Positions 13,085-46,000 of a stretch of DNA of 64,000 nucleotides are shown here, piece after piece. The stretch lies in the NCBI GenBank assembly GCA_002269645.1, contig NIVC01001175.1:141709-205708 (forward strand). The letters are read 5' to 3'. The translations under genes were made by a program, and so were the position numbers. The notes beneath the pieces were generated by a model. That model saw nothing but the letters and a program-made list of their open reading frames with translations, was not told where the DNA came from and searched no databases. Origin of the DNA: Macrostomum lignano. Its lineage: Eukaryota. Position 1 is the first letter of the stretch; every line of letters starts with the position of its first letter.

Positions 13085-13312
13085 AGAGCGTCGAACTCCC
13101 GATTCCCGATCCCACTGCAAGAATTTGTGCTGTAAAATGGGTGCCAGCATTAGCTGGGGTAATTGAGGGTGTGAGTGGCGACCCCAGCAGTCCTTGGACT
13201 GAACAGCCGTACGCAGCCTTCAGATGCGCCGCGCAATAGCTGCGGCTGAGCTGTCGGTTGCACGTCTGGCCCAATTGGGCAGATGTAACCAGTTATTATT
13301 ATTATTATTATT
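13085..13312 (+). mobile_element. SINE family A copy with (att)n tail
   Basis: Remnant head gagcgtcgaactc, shared body, (tta)n tail. Confidence 0.75.
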
Positions 13313-13914
13313 TTGCGTTAAGCATTGTTTGGGAACTGTATTATACACCGTTGCCATGACTACAGCATTACAAGGATATGCAGCGCTGATTGCCAACCTG
13401 ATATTATTTACTTCCAAAGAGTCAGGCGCACTGCGGATTTAAGCCGAAGCGAATTTCAGTAGATATTCTGTCCGATTAACTGTTTTGCTCTACAAAAGCA
13501 ATTCAATTCAACCGGATTAGCAGTCACTGCAAGCAATGTATCTACTTAAATTTCCAAATTCTGACAGTCATGCGAGCCAAAAAATATGATTCCCAAAATT
13601 TTATCGACAGAGCTGATTGACCTTAAGTGGAATTTCAAATCAGAATTCATATCGCATTTATGAGTCATAGCAACAGGGTGGGAGCTTGCGAGTACTGAGT
13701 GCGACAGTCTAATAAGCGTGGTCAATGAAGGAAGAATATGTGAATATTGAAGTAATGACGTGGACCAAACTAGCTTTACCTGTTAACAACAACAAAAGCA
13801 TTTTTTGGCTTCAGCTGCAACAGCGAAGTTGTCATTCTTGTGTCTTGTGTTCTCCGGTATTCTTTGGTTCGTGCAACCAAAGAGTTCTATAATTAGCATC
13901 TGGAGAATGCTTCT

Positions 13915-14392
<478 letters not shown>

Positions 14393-15508
14393 TTCTTACT
14401 GTCTTAGTTCTATGGCAGAGTATTTTGAGAAGATTCTTAAAACAATTATTGGTAAGGTACGAGTAGTTGCTCCTAAAAATTACAAAGACGTGGGTAGGAA
14501 TTGATGACAACGAGATCAATGAGAACTCTCAAAGTAAACACCATTTATTTATATATCACTCACTGTTAGGATAAAGCTATTAGATAAAATTTGATTAGTG
14601 CACAGTTTTAATTAATCAAAGTTATTCGAAAAAAATTAAAAAAGCCACCATTTTCATTGTTGTTTAAGAGAGATGAAATTTTTCTTTACTGACTTTTTGG
14701 ACCGAAAGAAGGCCAAAGTGGTTGGCAATTGACGACAGTCAAAGATGCATCGAGATTTAATGAAAGCTTTCAAGAAAGAAAACCTGATTTAATGTGGTGC
14801 TTTACATTGAATAAAAACTTGAAAAGAACGCAATGTACTTTAACTGGGAACTCTGGAAGGGTAAGAAAGGTAGCAGTTTATGTGAATAATATCTTTTCTA
14901 ATTACACGCAAAGTTTGGTTAATACATTCAAATGGCGCTAGAGATCGATCGATACAAAAATGCCGAATGCAATGGTCGATGCGGATATCACTGGATTTCA
15001 GATTTCGAAGTCAGTTCTTTGTATTGTGAAATATTTTCGGGCTTAACAGCATGTGGTGAGTTTGAACTTGCTATGTAAGCAGGAGTTGTGCTTTTGAGTT
15101 ACATTCAAGTCTGGTAGGGTATTAATGTTTACTGTTGAAGTTCATAGACTTGCTACTGTCTTCACTGCTGCAGGTCATAGACCTGCTACTGTCTTCACTG
15201 CTGTAGGTCATAGACCTGCTACTGTTTTCAATATTGTAGTTAGTTCATAGAAAATTCCATGATCAGTAGGATGTCGTAGGGATATCCGAGTATGTAAGGA
15301 TCACTATTTAGTGCCGTTTAACACACAATCGATAATAATAGTAATGAGCAATCAGAGTGAAATGAAAACGCATCTGTCAGTAACCGACACTATATTGGTA
15401 CATTCGCGATAGAAAAATGTTCACATGTAGGTCATTACAAAAATATCTGCTCAATTCAATTGTGAAATTTAAGCTCCTTCGTACTTAATTATTAATATTA
15501 ATTAATAC

Positions 15509-35199
<19,691 letters not shown>

Positions 35200-36694
35200 C
35201 TCGCAGTCTGAAGTGTGTCCCCAGCCCGGGCAGCTGTCCCCTGCCCTGCCTGTGCACTGCTGAAGAGGCCGCTCGTGACTAATTGGCGCAGAAGATCCTG
35301 GCAGAAGAAAAAGAGAAAAAAATCAGGCAATAGCGGCAGTTTTTTTAGTTTATGCGACAAGAGAAAATACGTTTGCATGTTTATATGTAAGGGGATCACC
35401 CTGCTTTCCCAAGTCCGCAGTTTCATTTTGGTCGCTAGAGCGGCCTCGATCTGTTTACGCGTGTTGCAGCAGCAGAAATTGAGCAAAAATATGTTATGCG
35501 CACTTCAATGGCTGCTGCTGCAGGGGGCTGCGGGAAATTTGGGGAAGCCAATGAAGCCAATGTTCTTGCGAAAGGCGTCTTGCTAGAAAGCTATTTTTGA
35601 TCTTCTAAGTTTCCTGCTTCTGAAGTTGCAGAAATTGCCTTCGATAGCCCGTGTTTTACTTGGGACGAAAGCTTTGCAAATTTATTTTCCTGAAATTTTC
35701 TTCTTTGAGTCGCCTCAGGTGCGATTCGACCACGTCATAGGCCAGAACTGGATTCCGCGTTCTCACTCTCTGTAAACTGGTCTTTACCGCTGATGCTACA
35801 GATGGACCCCATCTGTAGACACGAATCGAACCAGTGGATCCGACAAACTTTCGAATTTCTAATTAAATCATATAGTTACTGGCATCCAGGATATGAAGGG
35901 TTCGGGTCTTTTAGACACACAATGCACGCACCAAGAACTAAATATGATACTCGCAGTAGCCTATGTGAAATCTGACGGCAGAATACCAAAAAAGAATTTT
36001 GTGAAATATTTATTAAATAAAATTAGGTCAGATTATGTGTGTTGCTGCTCAGACTTCTGACTTAAGCGAAAATTTTGTAAAAAGCGAAAAACTGTTTAAT
36101 ATAAGGCATGCGTTAGAAAGAATTTAAGGTATAAACGCTACCATAAAGAATATTGCGACATGTTAGAGGTGTTCTAATTAAATGCACATAGATTGCAGAT
36201 GTTTTGTAAATAATATAATTACTTGATGGCTCAGCTCTGTAGGTACTGTAGTAAAAAGCAATCCCTGAAACTCAACCCAAAGTAAGAATACTACAGTTTC
36301 TAGTTAGCTCACTGATTGCTGAATTAGTGAATATTATTTTCTCGATAAACTCTTTCTAAACTTGCACACCCGGGGTTTTAAAGTTTGCAGGCAGACCTTC
36401 ATAAGTCACGAAGCCGTCCGAAACGCTTTGGCTAGAAGCGAAAAAATGATAAGTCGCGTCAGGAACAGTTGAAAGGCGAAGACCTGTCAAAATGCTTTTA
36501 ATACACGAAAGGTAGCAATTAGAAAGAAATCGGCCTAAGAATCTTCACGGGGAGCTAAGAGCAACAAAAGGATTAAAACAATATTTTTGCATTCTAAACT
36601 GCTTGTATTAAAATGAAAATTTATGATTTTGTATGAATATGATTTATATCAACTTATTCCGTAGAGAAATTGAGCGGAAAACACCACAAACTAA

Positions 36695-37640
36695 ACACTT
36701 CACTGCTAAACACTACACAATAAACACTACACACTACACACTAAACACTTCACTGCTAAACATTACAGAATAAACACTACACAATAAACACTACACAATA
36801 AACACTACACAATAAACACTACACAATAAACACTACACAATAAACACTACACAATAAACACTACACAATAAACACTACACAATAAACACTACACAATAAA
36901 CACTACACAATAAACACTACACAATAAACACTACACAATAAACACTACACAATAAACACTACACAATAAACACTACACAATAAACACTACACAATAAACA
37001 CTACACAATAAACACTACACACTACACAATAAACACTACACAATAAACACTACACAATAAACTCTACACAATAAACACTACACACTACACACTAAACACT
37101 TCACTGCTAAACATTACAGAATAAACACTACACACTACACACTACACACTACACACTACACACTACACACTACACACTACACACTACACACTACACACTG
37201 CACACTACACACTGCACACTACACACTGCACACTACACACTGCACACTACACACTGCACACTACACACTGCACACTACACACTACACACTACACATTACT
37301 CAACTACACACTACACACTGCACACTACACACTGCACACTACACACTACACACTACACATTACTCAACTACACACTACACACTACACACTACACTCTACA
37401 CACTACACACTACACACTACACAGTACTCAACTACACACTACACACTACACACTACACAGTACTCAACTACACACTACACACTACACACTACACACTACA
37501 CACTGCACACTACACACTACACACTACACACTACACACTACACACTGCACACTACACACTACACACTACACACTACACACTACACACTACACACTACACA
37601 CTACACACTACACAGTACTCAACTACACACTACACACTAC
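36695..37640. repeat. 14-bp (aataaacactacac) and 7-bp (actacac) tandem repeats
   Basis: Direct periodicity. Confidence 0.95.
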
Positions 37641-40265
37641 GCAACTGTGCACTAGATATTAAACACTAGAGACTACTTCTTAGAGACTAGAGATTAAAGA
37701 CTTGAGGCTTGCCCTGTACAAGCAGATGTTGATTCTATTAAAAAGTACTGCATATCACATTAGCATATTTAATATAACTAAGCACACTTACTTCAGTCTG
37801 ACTCTGCAGTTATAACTTCAGGCTTTCATTATAAAGGCCGCTTGACGAATACTTAAACCTTGCCAGCTCTGCGCCAAAGTTTGACTTAGCTATTAACAGT
37901 ACTTGCGATGAATAGTTGGACTTAATGCTGAGTGGACAGAAAAGTCCAAGCTTTCCGGTCACATCTTGAAGAGGAGATCGAGCAGTTTCTCTCTTCTACT
38001 TCTAGAAGACTTATTTACCGACCCGCGGTGAATAGATTGAAAGAATTTCGTTAAATATTCGTCTTCCGGACTGATAACAATTCCGGAGATAGTGGGGCAG
38101 GGTTAGAGAGGGGATTAGGCTGCAGTCCTGTGGGGATTTGTTCAGTTGGGGAGCCAAGCTTAAGGGGAGGGAGGGGCAGCGACCGAGTTCTGACCGAGAA
38201 GGAATTGGTCGGTCGGTTACCAATGGCGGAGATCGCCCCTAGTGCGCAGCAGCACCAACAACAGTTGCGCACAGATGGTGGCCTACATGCGGGTCGGAAC
38301 AGGTCTAAGCGAGGCATTCTTCAAATCCGCGATTTCTTTTCCGTTGCATTTACTATTGATTTACAACACAACCACTATCGCTTGTAAATAACTTATGAAA
38401 AGGCCCAGCTCTGTTAGTTTGTTTACGCGGAAAAGCACTTTTGAAACATTTCTGAATTTCAAGAGAACACCCATTCGCTGTCTTGTATTTTAGTTCTTTA
38501 AAAGTTTTCACATTTAATCTTCAATCCTAGTGCAACAAAAAAATTAGACGCCCTAAATTCACTCAAAAATCTTTTCATCCTACGGCTGATATTATTTACT
38601 TAGGACTTTAACACTAAGTCCCTTAGGACTTTTAATTGGTAGGGGCGCAAACACTTTGGTGGGAGGCGATTGGCAGGGCATACGCCACTGCTTGATGCAT
38701 CTCCGGAAACCAATATCGTCCATCCGTGCAGGAACTCTCAGTACAGTAGGATTGCCGCTTTTCGAACTCGACTTTGTCGGCCAGCAATTCGCGCTCTCAT
38801 TCTTCTTCAGCATGCATAATTTACACTTCAACCCCGAGCAAAACTCATCTCTATGTAGAGAGGAGAGGGTGAGACGGCCAACGAGATGCATGTTGCAGCT
38901 CTCTCGGGGGGTTGGGGGGGGGAGAAGTGGTTTTTTCTCCGCAAAAACCGACCGTATGCCGTTTGCATGTAAAGTGTTTTTTAAGCTGACGCGGCATTGA
39001 GATATGGAGGCGGCATCGCGTGCTGAAACAATGTGGGCAGTGCGAATGACGGGGAGCAAGTCGGCCATCTGTCTCTCTTGGCTCTGTTGCAATGTCTTGC
39101 TGTGCCCACCCAATGCGGAATAGTGCAGCAACTACAGCTGATGCGCCACTTTTATAAATTGGCTTGAAACACGAGGCACTGTGGCTATGTTATTGGCTCC
39201 GGCTACAAGGTTATGCCGGGCGGAGAAGGGGAAAAAGCTAAAGTATGCAAGAGGGTTGTCGTGTTGCTTTGTATGTCTAGCATATAGATAGATGGAGAAA
39301 AAGCATGGTGGAAAGATTGGGGGAGCTGCTGCTATTGCGCACCAAAGATTTAAGCTGCCTATAGACAGGTGAGGCAAAATGCCAAGCACCACAGACCCTT
39401 TCCATGGCGATGTTCGCGCAGCCAAAACCCGAACAGACCCGCCTTCATCGGCCCCAGGTGCTCGCGAACGATTTCCTTGGACCTCGTCAACCGAACTACA
39501 TGGAAGAATATAGCAGACTTCGCGTTAGCAACTATACAGTCCGCTGCAGGTGCAACGGGGGGGGGTTCGATTGCGTTAGAAGATAAAATTTGCCAGATAG
39601 ACAACTAACGGTCCGGCGCTACCGCTGGCGCACAATTTAGCGCACGTCAGTCAGGGCATTCGGACGATTGTCCTTTTACAGCCGCTGCGAGGCTAAATAT
39701 AGGCTGCAGAAGGCGGAACAGGAATTCTTTGAAGCATAAAAATATCAAGTATTTAATAAAGAAGTCATACATGTATGTGCTAAGCAATTTAGATAGGAAA
39801 TCCCTGAGTAGATAAACCGATCATGAAAAGCTGGGGCTGTTTCGTAAACGACTTTTAGTGACTGACTCAGTTTCTTGACCTCAACTACCAATACTACTGT
39901 GCTTAATTTTGCATAAACTATTATGTTATTAGTCAAAGAGCGCGTCAATTTCATCTGGTACATCAACTAAATCAATCACCTGTCAACTTTTCTGTCATCG
40001 CCGACGCTCATGGCGTGTCCACCAAGCCAGCTGGTCCTCAGAGACGCAGACGCTCTTACCATAGACGATTAAGCAGAACAGCTGAGGGCTTATAAACTTG
40101 TAGATTGTTTGGCCGGAATTTAAAAGTAAGCCTTCTTCTTTAATTTGTAGCTTGAAACTTGCAAAATCTATGAAACGCCCACTGAAATAGAAAGATTTTC
40201 GGATGCTCGGAACTATTCTAGAACGCTAACGAGTGCGTCATTGAAGGAATCCAGCACGCTGACGA

Positions 40266-40981
40266 GTGCGTCAATGGCTGCAACACGAGTGCGTAGCGCA
40301 CAAGTCAAAGTGCTTGATTCCCATTCTTATTTGATCCAACATGTGTGGCTAAAGTAAACAAGGGTGGAGCTGGGGGTGTGGAGTTAGACTTGAACCATAG
40401 ACAAAATATGCGCGAGCTAGTCTGAACATTGTCGGCTGATTTTCCATGCAAGAATGGCATTCTTGCACTCTTTTGCGTGCAGGAATGGATGTCTATGGTA
40501 AAATCTCACTGAAAAAGCATTAGGCGCAGAAATGCATTCCTGCACGGTTTTGTGCATTCCTGCACGATGAATCATCCGACAATGGAATTCCTTCACGTTC
40601 ACTCGTGCGTGAAGGACATCGTGCACTCGTGCGCTAGCGCGCACTCGTGCAGATGTCATTCCCGCACTCGTGACCGTGCAGGAATATATCATTCTTGCAC
40701 GATGGAAAGAAGATTATGCTTGTAGTCTATGGCTGTTATGCTAAATATAGAAACATTGCGCATTACATTCTTGCACGATTGACATTCCTGCACGGAGTGC
40801 ACATGTAAATTCAAGGTGCTTTTACCATAGACACTTGCATTTCTGCACGCATATGGCGACTTCCAAAGCATTCTTGCACGCTGGATCAAATAAGAATGCA
40901 AAATCGCGAGTTTGCATTTGCGTGAATCAAATTAGCTCATTTTACTCTGCGTGCGTGAATGATGTTTTGCCATTGACGCAC
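40266..40981. mobile_element. Foldback/MITE-like imperfect palindromic element
   Basis: Nested perfect inverted pairs: 40266-40278/40969-40981, 40322-40338/40882-40898, 40491-40503/40820-40832. About 11 copies of cattcYtgcac. Confidence 0.6.
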
Positions 40982-41498
40982 GAGTTCCCATAGACAATTT
41001 CATTCCTGAGAAAATCACGTGGCGTATTGTTTAAGCTGCCCGCAATCCACAGGTTACTGTGCAACGTGCGTGGCATTTTCAAAGCAAACTTCATCGATGC
41101 AATGCATTCCGAAATGCACCGGATGCAAGCTGACATTTACCACCGGGAATGGGGTACCGAGGCGGCCGATAAACCAGCGTACTTGCACAGATCCCAGCGC
41201 TAAGTTGCACCAGCTGGACTTTTTATTCGGTAAAGACGATCGCAGCCTCTCCAGAGAACCGAAAATCTTCCATCCTGTTGACCGAAATTGTTCTAAACAA
41301 ATTTGTGCGCTAGAGCAAAATAATTAAGAAACTGTTTTCAAGTTTACTGTTCACTCGAGTTGTTGTGCACGTAGCAATTACAACTTTAGCACAATGACAC
41401 CAATTTCTTAAAAATGGGGGTTTCAAAAGGGTTTCATATGGTAGCTTTGGTATGAAGCTCCTCCATCTTACATGCATAGCTAGCGGAGCTTAGCCAAT

Positions 41499-41805
41499 GG
41501 GGTTGTAGCCCAGTGGTTTACGACTGAATGGTCGGGGGTTCGACTCTCGACCGATTCGGAACAGTTTGTGCCCAATTTTGTTATTTGACACTTAACTCTA
41601 CATTGCTTCAGTTCACCCAGCATTAGCTGGGGTAACTGAGGGTGTGTGTGGCGACCCCCCAGTCCTTGGACTGAACAGCCGTACGCAGCCTTCAGATGCG
41701 CCGCGCAATAGCTGCGGCTGAGCTGTCGGTTGCACGTCTGGCCCAATTGGGGCAGGTGTAATCAATTATTATTATTATTATTATTATTACTATTATTATT
41801 ATATA
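41499..41805 (+). mobile_element. tRNA-derived SINE family A copy
   Basis: A box tagcccagtgg, B box ggttcgactct, shared body, (att)n tail. Confidence 0.82.
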
Positions 41806-43012
41806 GGTAGCGAAGCTCATAGAAAATGAAAATTAACAAAGCAAAATTAACAGCTGGTAAATATTCGCTTTAAACATAAAGATAGTAAAAATAAGCCCTC
41901 CAAGTCTGTTAGGAAATCTTGGTGTCTATCTTTAATAACATGGTAATAAGGACGCACTTTTCAATCTTTAAATCACACTTGAGTTTTCATATCTTTTTCT
42001 CTTACTCTTAGTAGGCCAGTTAAGCGTTTTTTCTTTGTTTATTATGCGCTCGTTTTTTGAAACAATTTTTACATCTTTTAAAGGACTTTTTTGCCTGAGT
42101 TATTTGTCCGCAAACGCTCGGTGATCAATTTCTGTCCTCAAAGACCCAGTGAACCTTCTAATCAAAGGCTAGAAAAATGGTCGACAATGAAATTTTTGTT
42201 AAAATATTAGCTCGTAAATTCTGAAACGAAAGTATGAAATTCAAAGTGATAATTATTGACCGGCAATTTTATAAGGGACAAAAACTCAAAGCTTTCCACC
42301 AGACACGAGTTGTAAAGTTCAAATTTTTGCAGTAAATATGGCGGCCACAATGAAAAGTGATTACAAAATATCAGCACTTCACAATTATCGAATAGGTACG
42401 AACAGCTAATTGACAGCTCCAGCCATCTAACTATTTAAAACTCTACTAAATTTAACAAAAACATTATGACAGAATGCCTACTATTGAGTCATTAACGTTA
42501 AGCTATTTAATAATTAATAACAATCAATAAATATATTTTACAGCAGTTCTCTTAGTTTTTATAAACGAAGGAGATTACAGACAAATTATGAATTAAAGCG
42601 GGGCCAGAATGAAAAAAGGAGCGTTTTGATTAAATAAGCACAAATCTGCGTCAAGCCAGTAAATTGTTTTAATGGTGCGTTTATTAAAACGAAAGAATCG
42701 GAATTTTTTTTAAAAAATTAAAAGACAATAAGTTGAGAAGTTCAGTTATAAGTGAAAAAGTTTAAAAAGTTTAAAATAATTTTATGTGTTAGTTTATCTT
42801 ACAAGCATTTCTTGGTAGCCAATAGTCATTTCTATAGCCATGCAATCTCGAAAATGATGCCATCTCTCATCACTCTCTCAACCCATCGAACGTCCTTCAT
42901 TCAATCATTCGTAATGTCTGCAGAAAAAAAAATTGTCCCGGAGCTAAATATTTGAACAGTTGATTTTCGAGCTTCAGACACAGCAGCAGCTTCTCTTTGA
43001 ACGCAGTTCAGC

Positions 43013-46000
43013 TCAGTGCATCCACAGACCGGCCCAGAAGGCGGCGGCCAAGGCCAAGAACACGCAAGCGTAGGCCACCAGCCAGCCTTCGCTGACGTGC
43101 TCGAGCTGCTTGCCTTTGATCTTCGGCTCCGGCTCGCTGCTGGTGGCAGCCACGGATTCGGTGGACTTGTCAGTCAGCTCAAAGCGTCGGCTGATGGCGC
43201 CCTCCAGCTTCTTGTTGCGGACGGCGCCTTTTGGAAAGTGGAAATGGAAGGGCAGATTAAATTAACTATTTTCCATGCGGACAGCTCAGTCTATGAGAAT
43301 TACCCACAGGAATTTTTCCCGCGTGAGTTTTTCCCACAGCGAGATTTCCCCGCCGAGATTTCCCCGCCGAGATTTCCCCGCCGAGATTTCCCCGCCGAGA
43401 TTTCCCCGCCGAAGTTTTCCCACAGAGATTTCCCCCACCGAGATTTCCCCACCGAAATTTCTCCACCGAGATTTCCCCACCGAGATTTCCCCACCGAGAT
43501 TTCCCCACCGAGATTTCCCCACCGAAATTTCTCCACCGAGATTTCCCCACCGAGATTTCCCCACCGAGATTTTCCCACCGAGGTTTTCCCGCAGGGTTTT
43601 TACAGTCGGAATTTCAAGTCAAATCATATCGGATTGGAAGTCTAATTTAGTCTAGTTTTTTATCTAGTCTAGTTTATGTCATGTCTAGCCTAGCCTAGTC
43701 TAGGTTAGTTCTAATCTAGTCCAGCACTGTCGATAGACTGCATTTGACTTGAAATTCCGAGTGTAAAAACCCTGCGGGAAAACCTCCGGGAAATTCTCGT
43801 GCTCCCGTAAACTGGGTGTACAGTGATTGTCTACTGCAGCTGTCCATGACAGAAACCCTGTGGGCACTCAGAAGCATGCGGCACTCACGGATGCGCAGGC
43901 ACTCGAACAGAATCATGGCGATAATCTGCATTCCCGTGTAGATGGCCAGCACGATGACGGCCCAGAAACGGAACTCCGGCCTGAGACTTTCGAATGTGGC
44001 GCCCAGCCAAATGGCGACGGCTGAAATGTTTGAAATTTAAGTAAGCGTCGTTTACTGAAAAGCTACAGATAGAATTTTTTTTTAAATAGGGAGTAGTAGC
44101 TAAATAAGTACACCTTGATTATTTTATAAAATGGGACCGTAGCCCAGTGGTCTGGCGCAATGCTTACATGTATGTGCCAGCGGCCCAGGCTCGATTCCAA
44201 GTGCAGTCACATTAATTTGAGGCTAAGTTGGAATCTTGGCTTGGCTCTACTCGTGCAATTAACTCTCATGATGGCCAACCCCCAAGGCACAGTGAAGTGT
44301 ACATGTACATGCCTAACGATTAACAAAGGTAGGGCCGCTGTACACTCCTGTAAGTGTGTGCCTGTGCGAATGACTGCGTACGTATCCGCGCGCTTGTGTG
44401 CCTGCTAAGGGAAGTCGGCAAAATGTGCAATAATGCCTCTCGTCGGTTGTGTGACAATGTCGCTTAAAGTGCACTAGAATGAATCCAGCCCCTGCAGCTA
44501 AATAAAACTTAAACTAAGATTGAGGAACAATTAATAAAGTAAGTGCCCACATGAAGAGCCATGCTGCCCATTGGGGCCTAAATGATCACCGGAGCGTCAA
44601 ACAGAGCCCATCTTCAACAGCATGAACTCTTGCTGGATGCAGGGATCGCATCCCAATACCCAGTCAAGCCTGCGACTTACTGGCGAAAGCCATCGCCAAC
44701 AGGCCGTTCCAGCGATGCAGCCGGTTAAAGATCGACCTGTGCTTGGTGCCCGGGTGCGGCCGGAAAATGCCGGCAATGATGTTGATGAGGCCGAGCGACA
44801 TGCCGATGACGCCGAAAATTCCGTGCACCTGGGAGTCGGTCTCCCACTCGCCCTGCTTCACCAGGATGTAGATGAAGCCAGCCAGCGCGATAACGTAGCC
44901 AATGACCATTGCGCAGACGTGGATGAGGAACCAAAGTTGCTTCTTGACCAGCTTCTGCGTCAGGACCGGGCGAGAGTGCCGGGCAACGACGATAGACAGG
45001 CCGCATAGGAAGAGCCAGAAGGTGGTCATGAGGGTGCCTGAGGTGCGATGCACGGGCTTTTTGGATAATTTGATAAGGATAATGACAAAGATGATCGCAA
45101 TAACAACTCACCGTGAGTCTGCACTTTCGCCTCGATACCGCTAAAGTACACGGTGGCTTTGTTGCCCATCGGAGTGAGTCGCACCGGAGATCTCAATGGA
45201 AGATGCGTGTGCTTTCCGATATTTGGGGTGTCTGCAATGGCGAGTTTCAACCGCTTGAGATACGCTATTGATTTGAACAGCTTTCAACTACTTATCCGTT
45301 CCTCGTGTAAACGGATGGCTAACAAAAAACGTAAACATGATCAAAGTTGGGACACTAAACGTCACAGCGAATTTAGTTGAGAAGCACTTACTCGCCAAGT
45401 TCATTCCCTGACCCAGTATCACGAACTTGCCCTCGCCGGACATCTTTCTAGTGACAGAGATCAGCGAGCTCGACTTGCTGGACATGTTGTACTTGTAGTA
45501 GGAGAAGGTTGCGTCGACAGGTCGAACAAACTGGCAGCTGATTCTGTTCGGCTGAACAGGCAGGCTGGCTGCGTCTCCGGTGCCCAAATCAATTCGAGTC
45601 TTCATGTCGGTGATGTCCGACTGTAATGTAGTTGGCGCATTTTTGTATAAAGAGTGATACAAAAATTCCTATTCCTGTATCCATTGTGTATTTTTGCGTG
45701 TGACCTCGCCTCGATCAAGCATATCTTCCAACTGTTGCTATTTTTAGCCCCTGCTGTATGTGTTTAGTCATGAGTTTCGTCTTCGTTAGTAATTGCCATG
45801 CTAGCAATTAGACAATTATACCTTTAAGCTTTAAGCTTAGCCTAAGGCTTCTCCAGCACACCCAAGTTCTGTGTCTCAAGCTACTGAGTGAGCAGACTGA
45901 GTCACACAGCTACAGCTGAGGTTGCTGCAATAGAGAATTAAACTTTTGTTGCCAAAATATACTCGAATAGAGATTTCTTACCCTGTACAGCGGAAAGACG

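Noticed and set aside
38011-39608. Several 70-180 aa ORFs in unique sequence upstream of SK
   Set aside because: No recognisable motifs and overlapping on both strands; could be UTR or upstream exons but not supportable as CDS.
40058-40062. ATG|gtaag start-codon exon for the SK gene
   Set aside because: It ends in phase 0, whereas the acceptor at 35298 needs phase 1 to stay in the SK frame.
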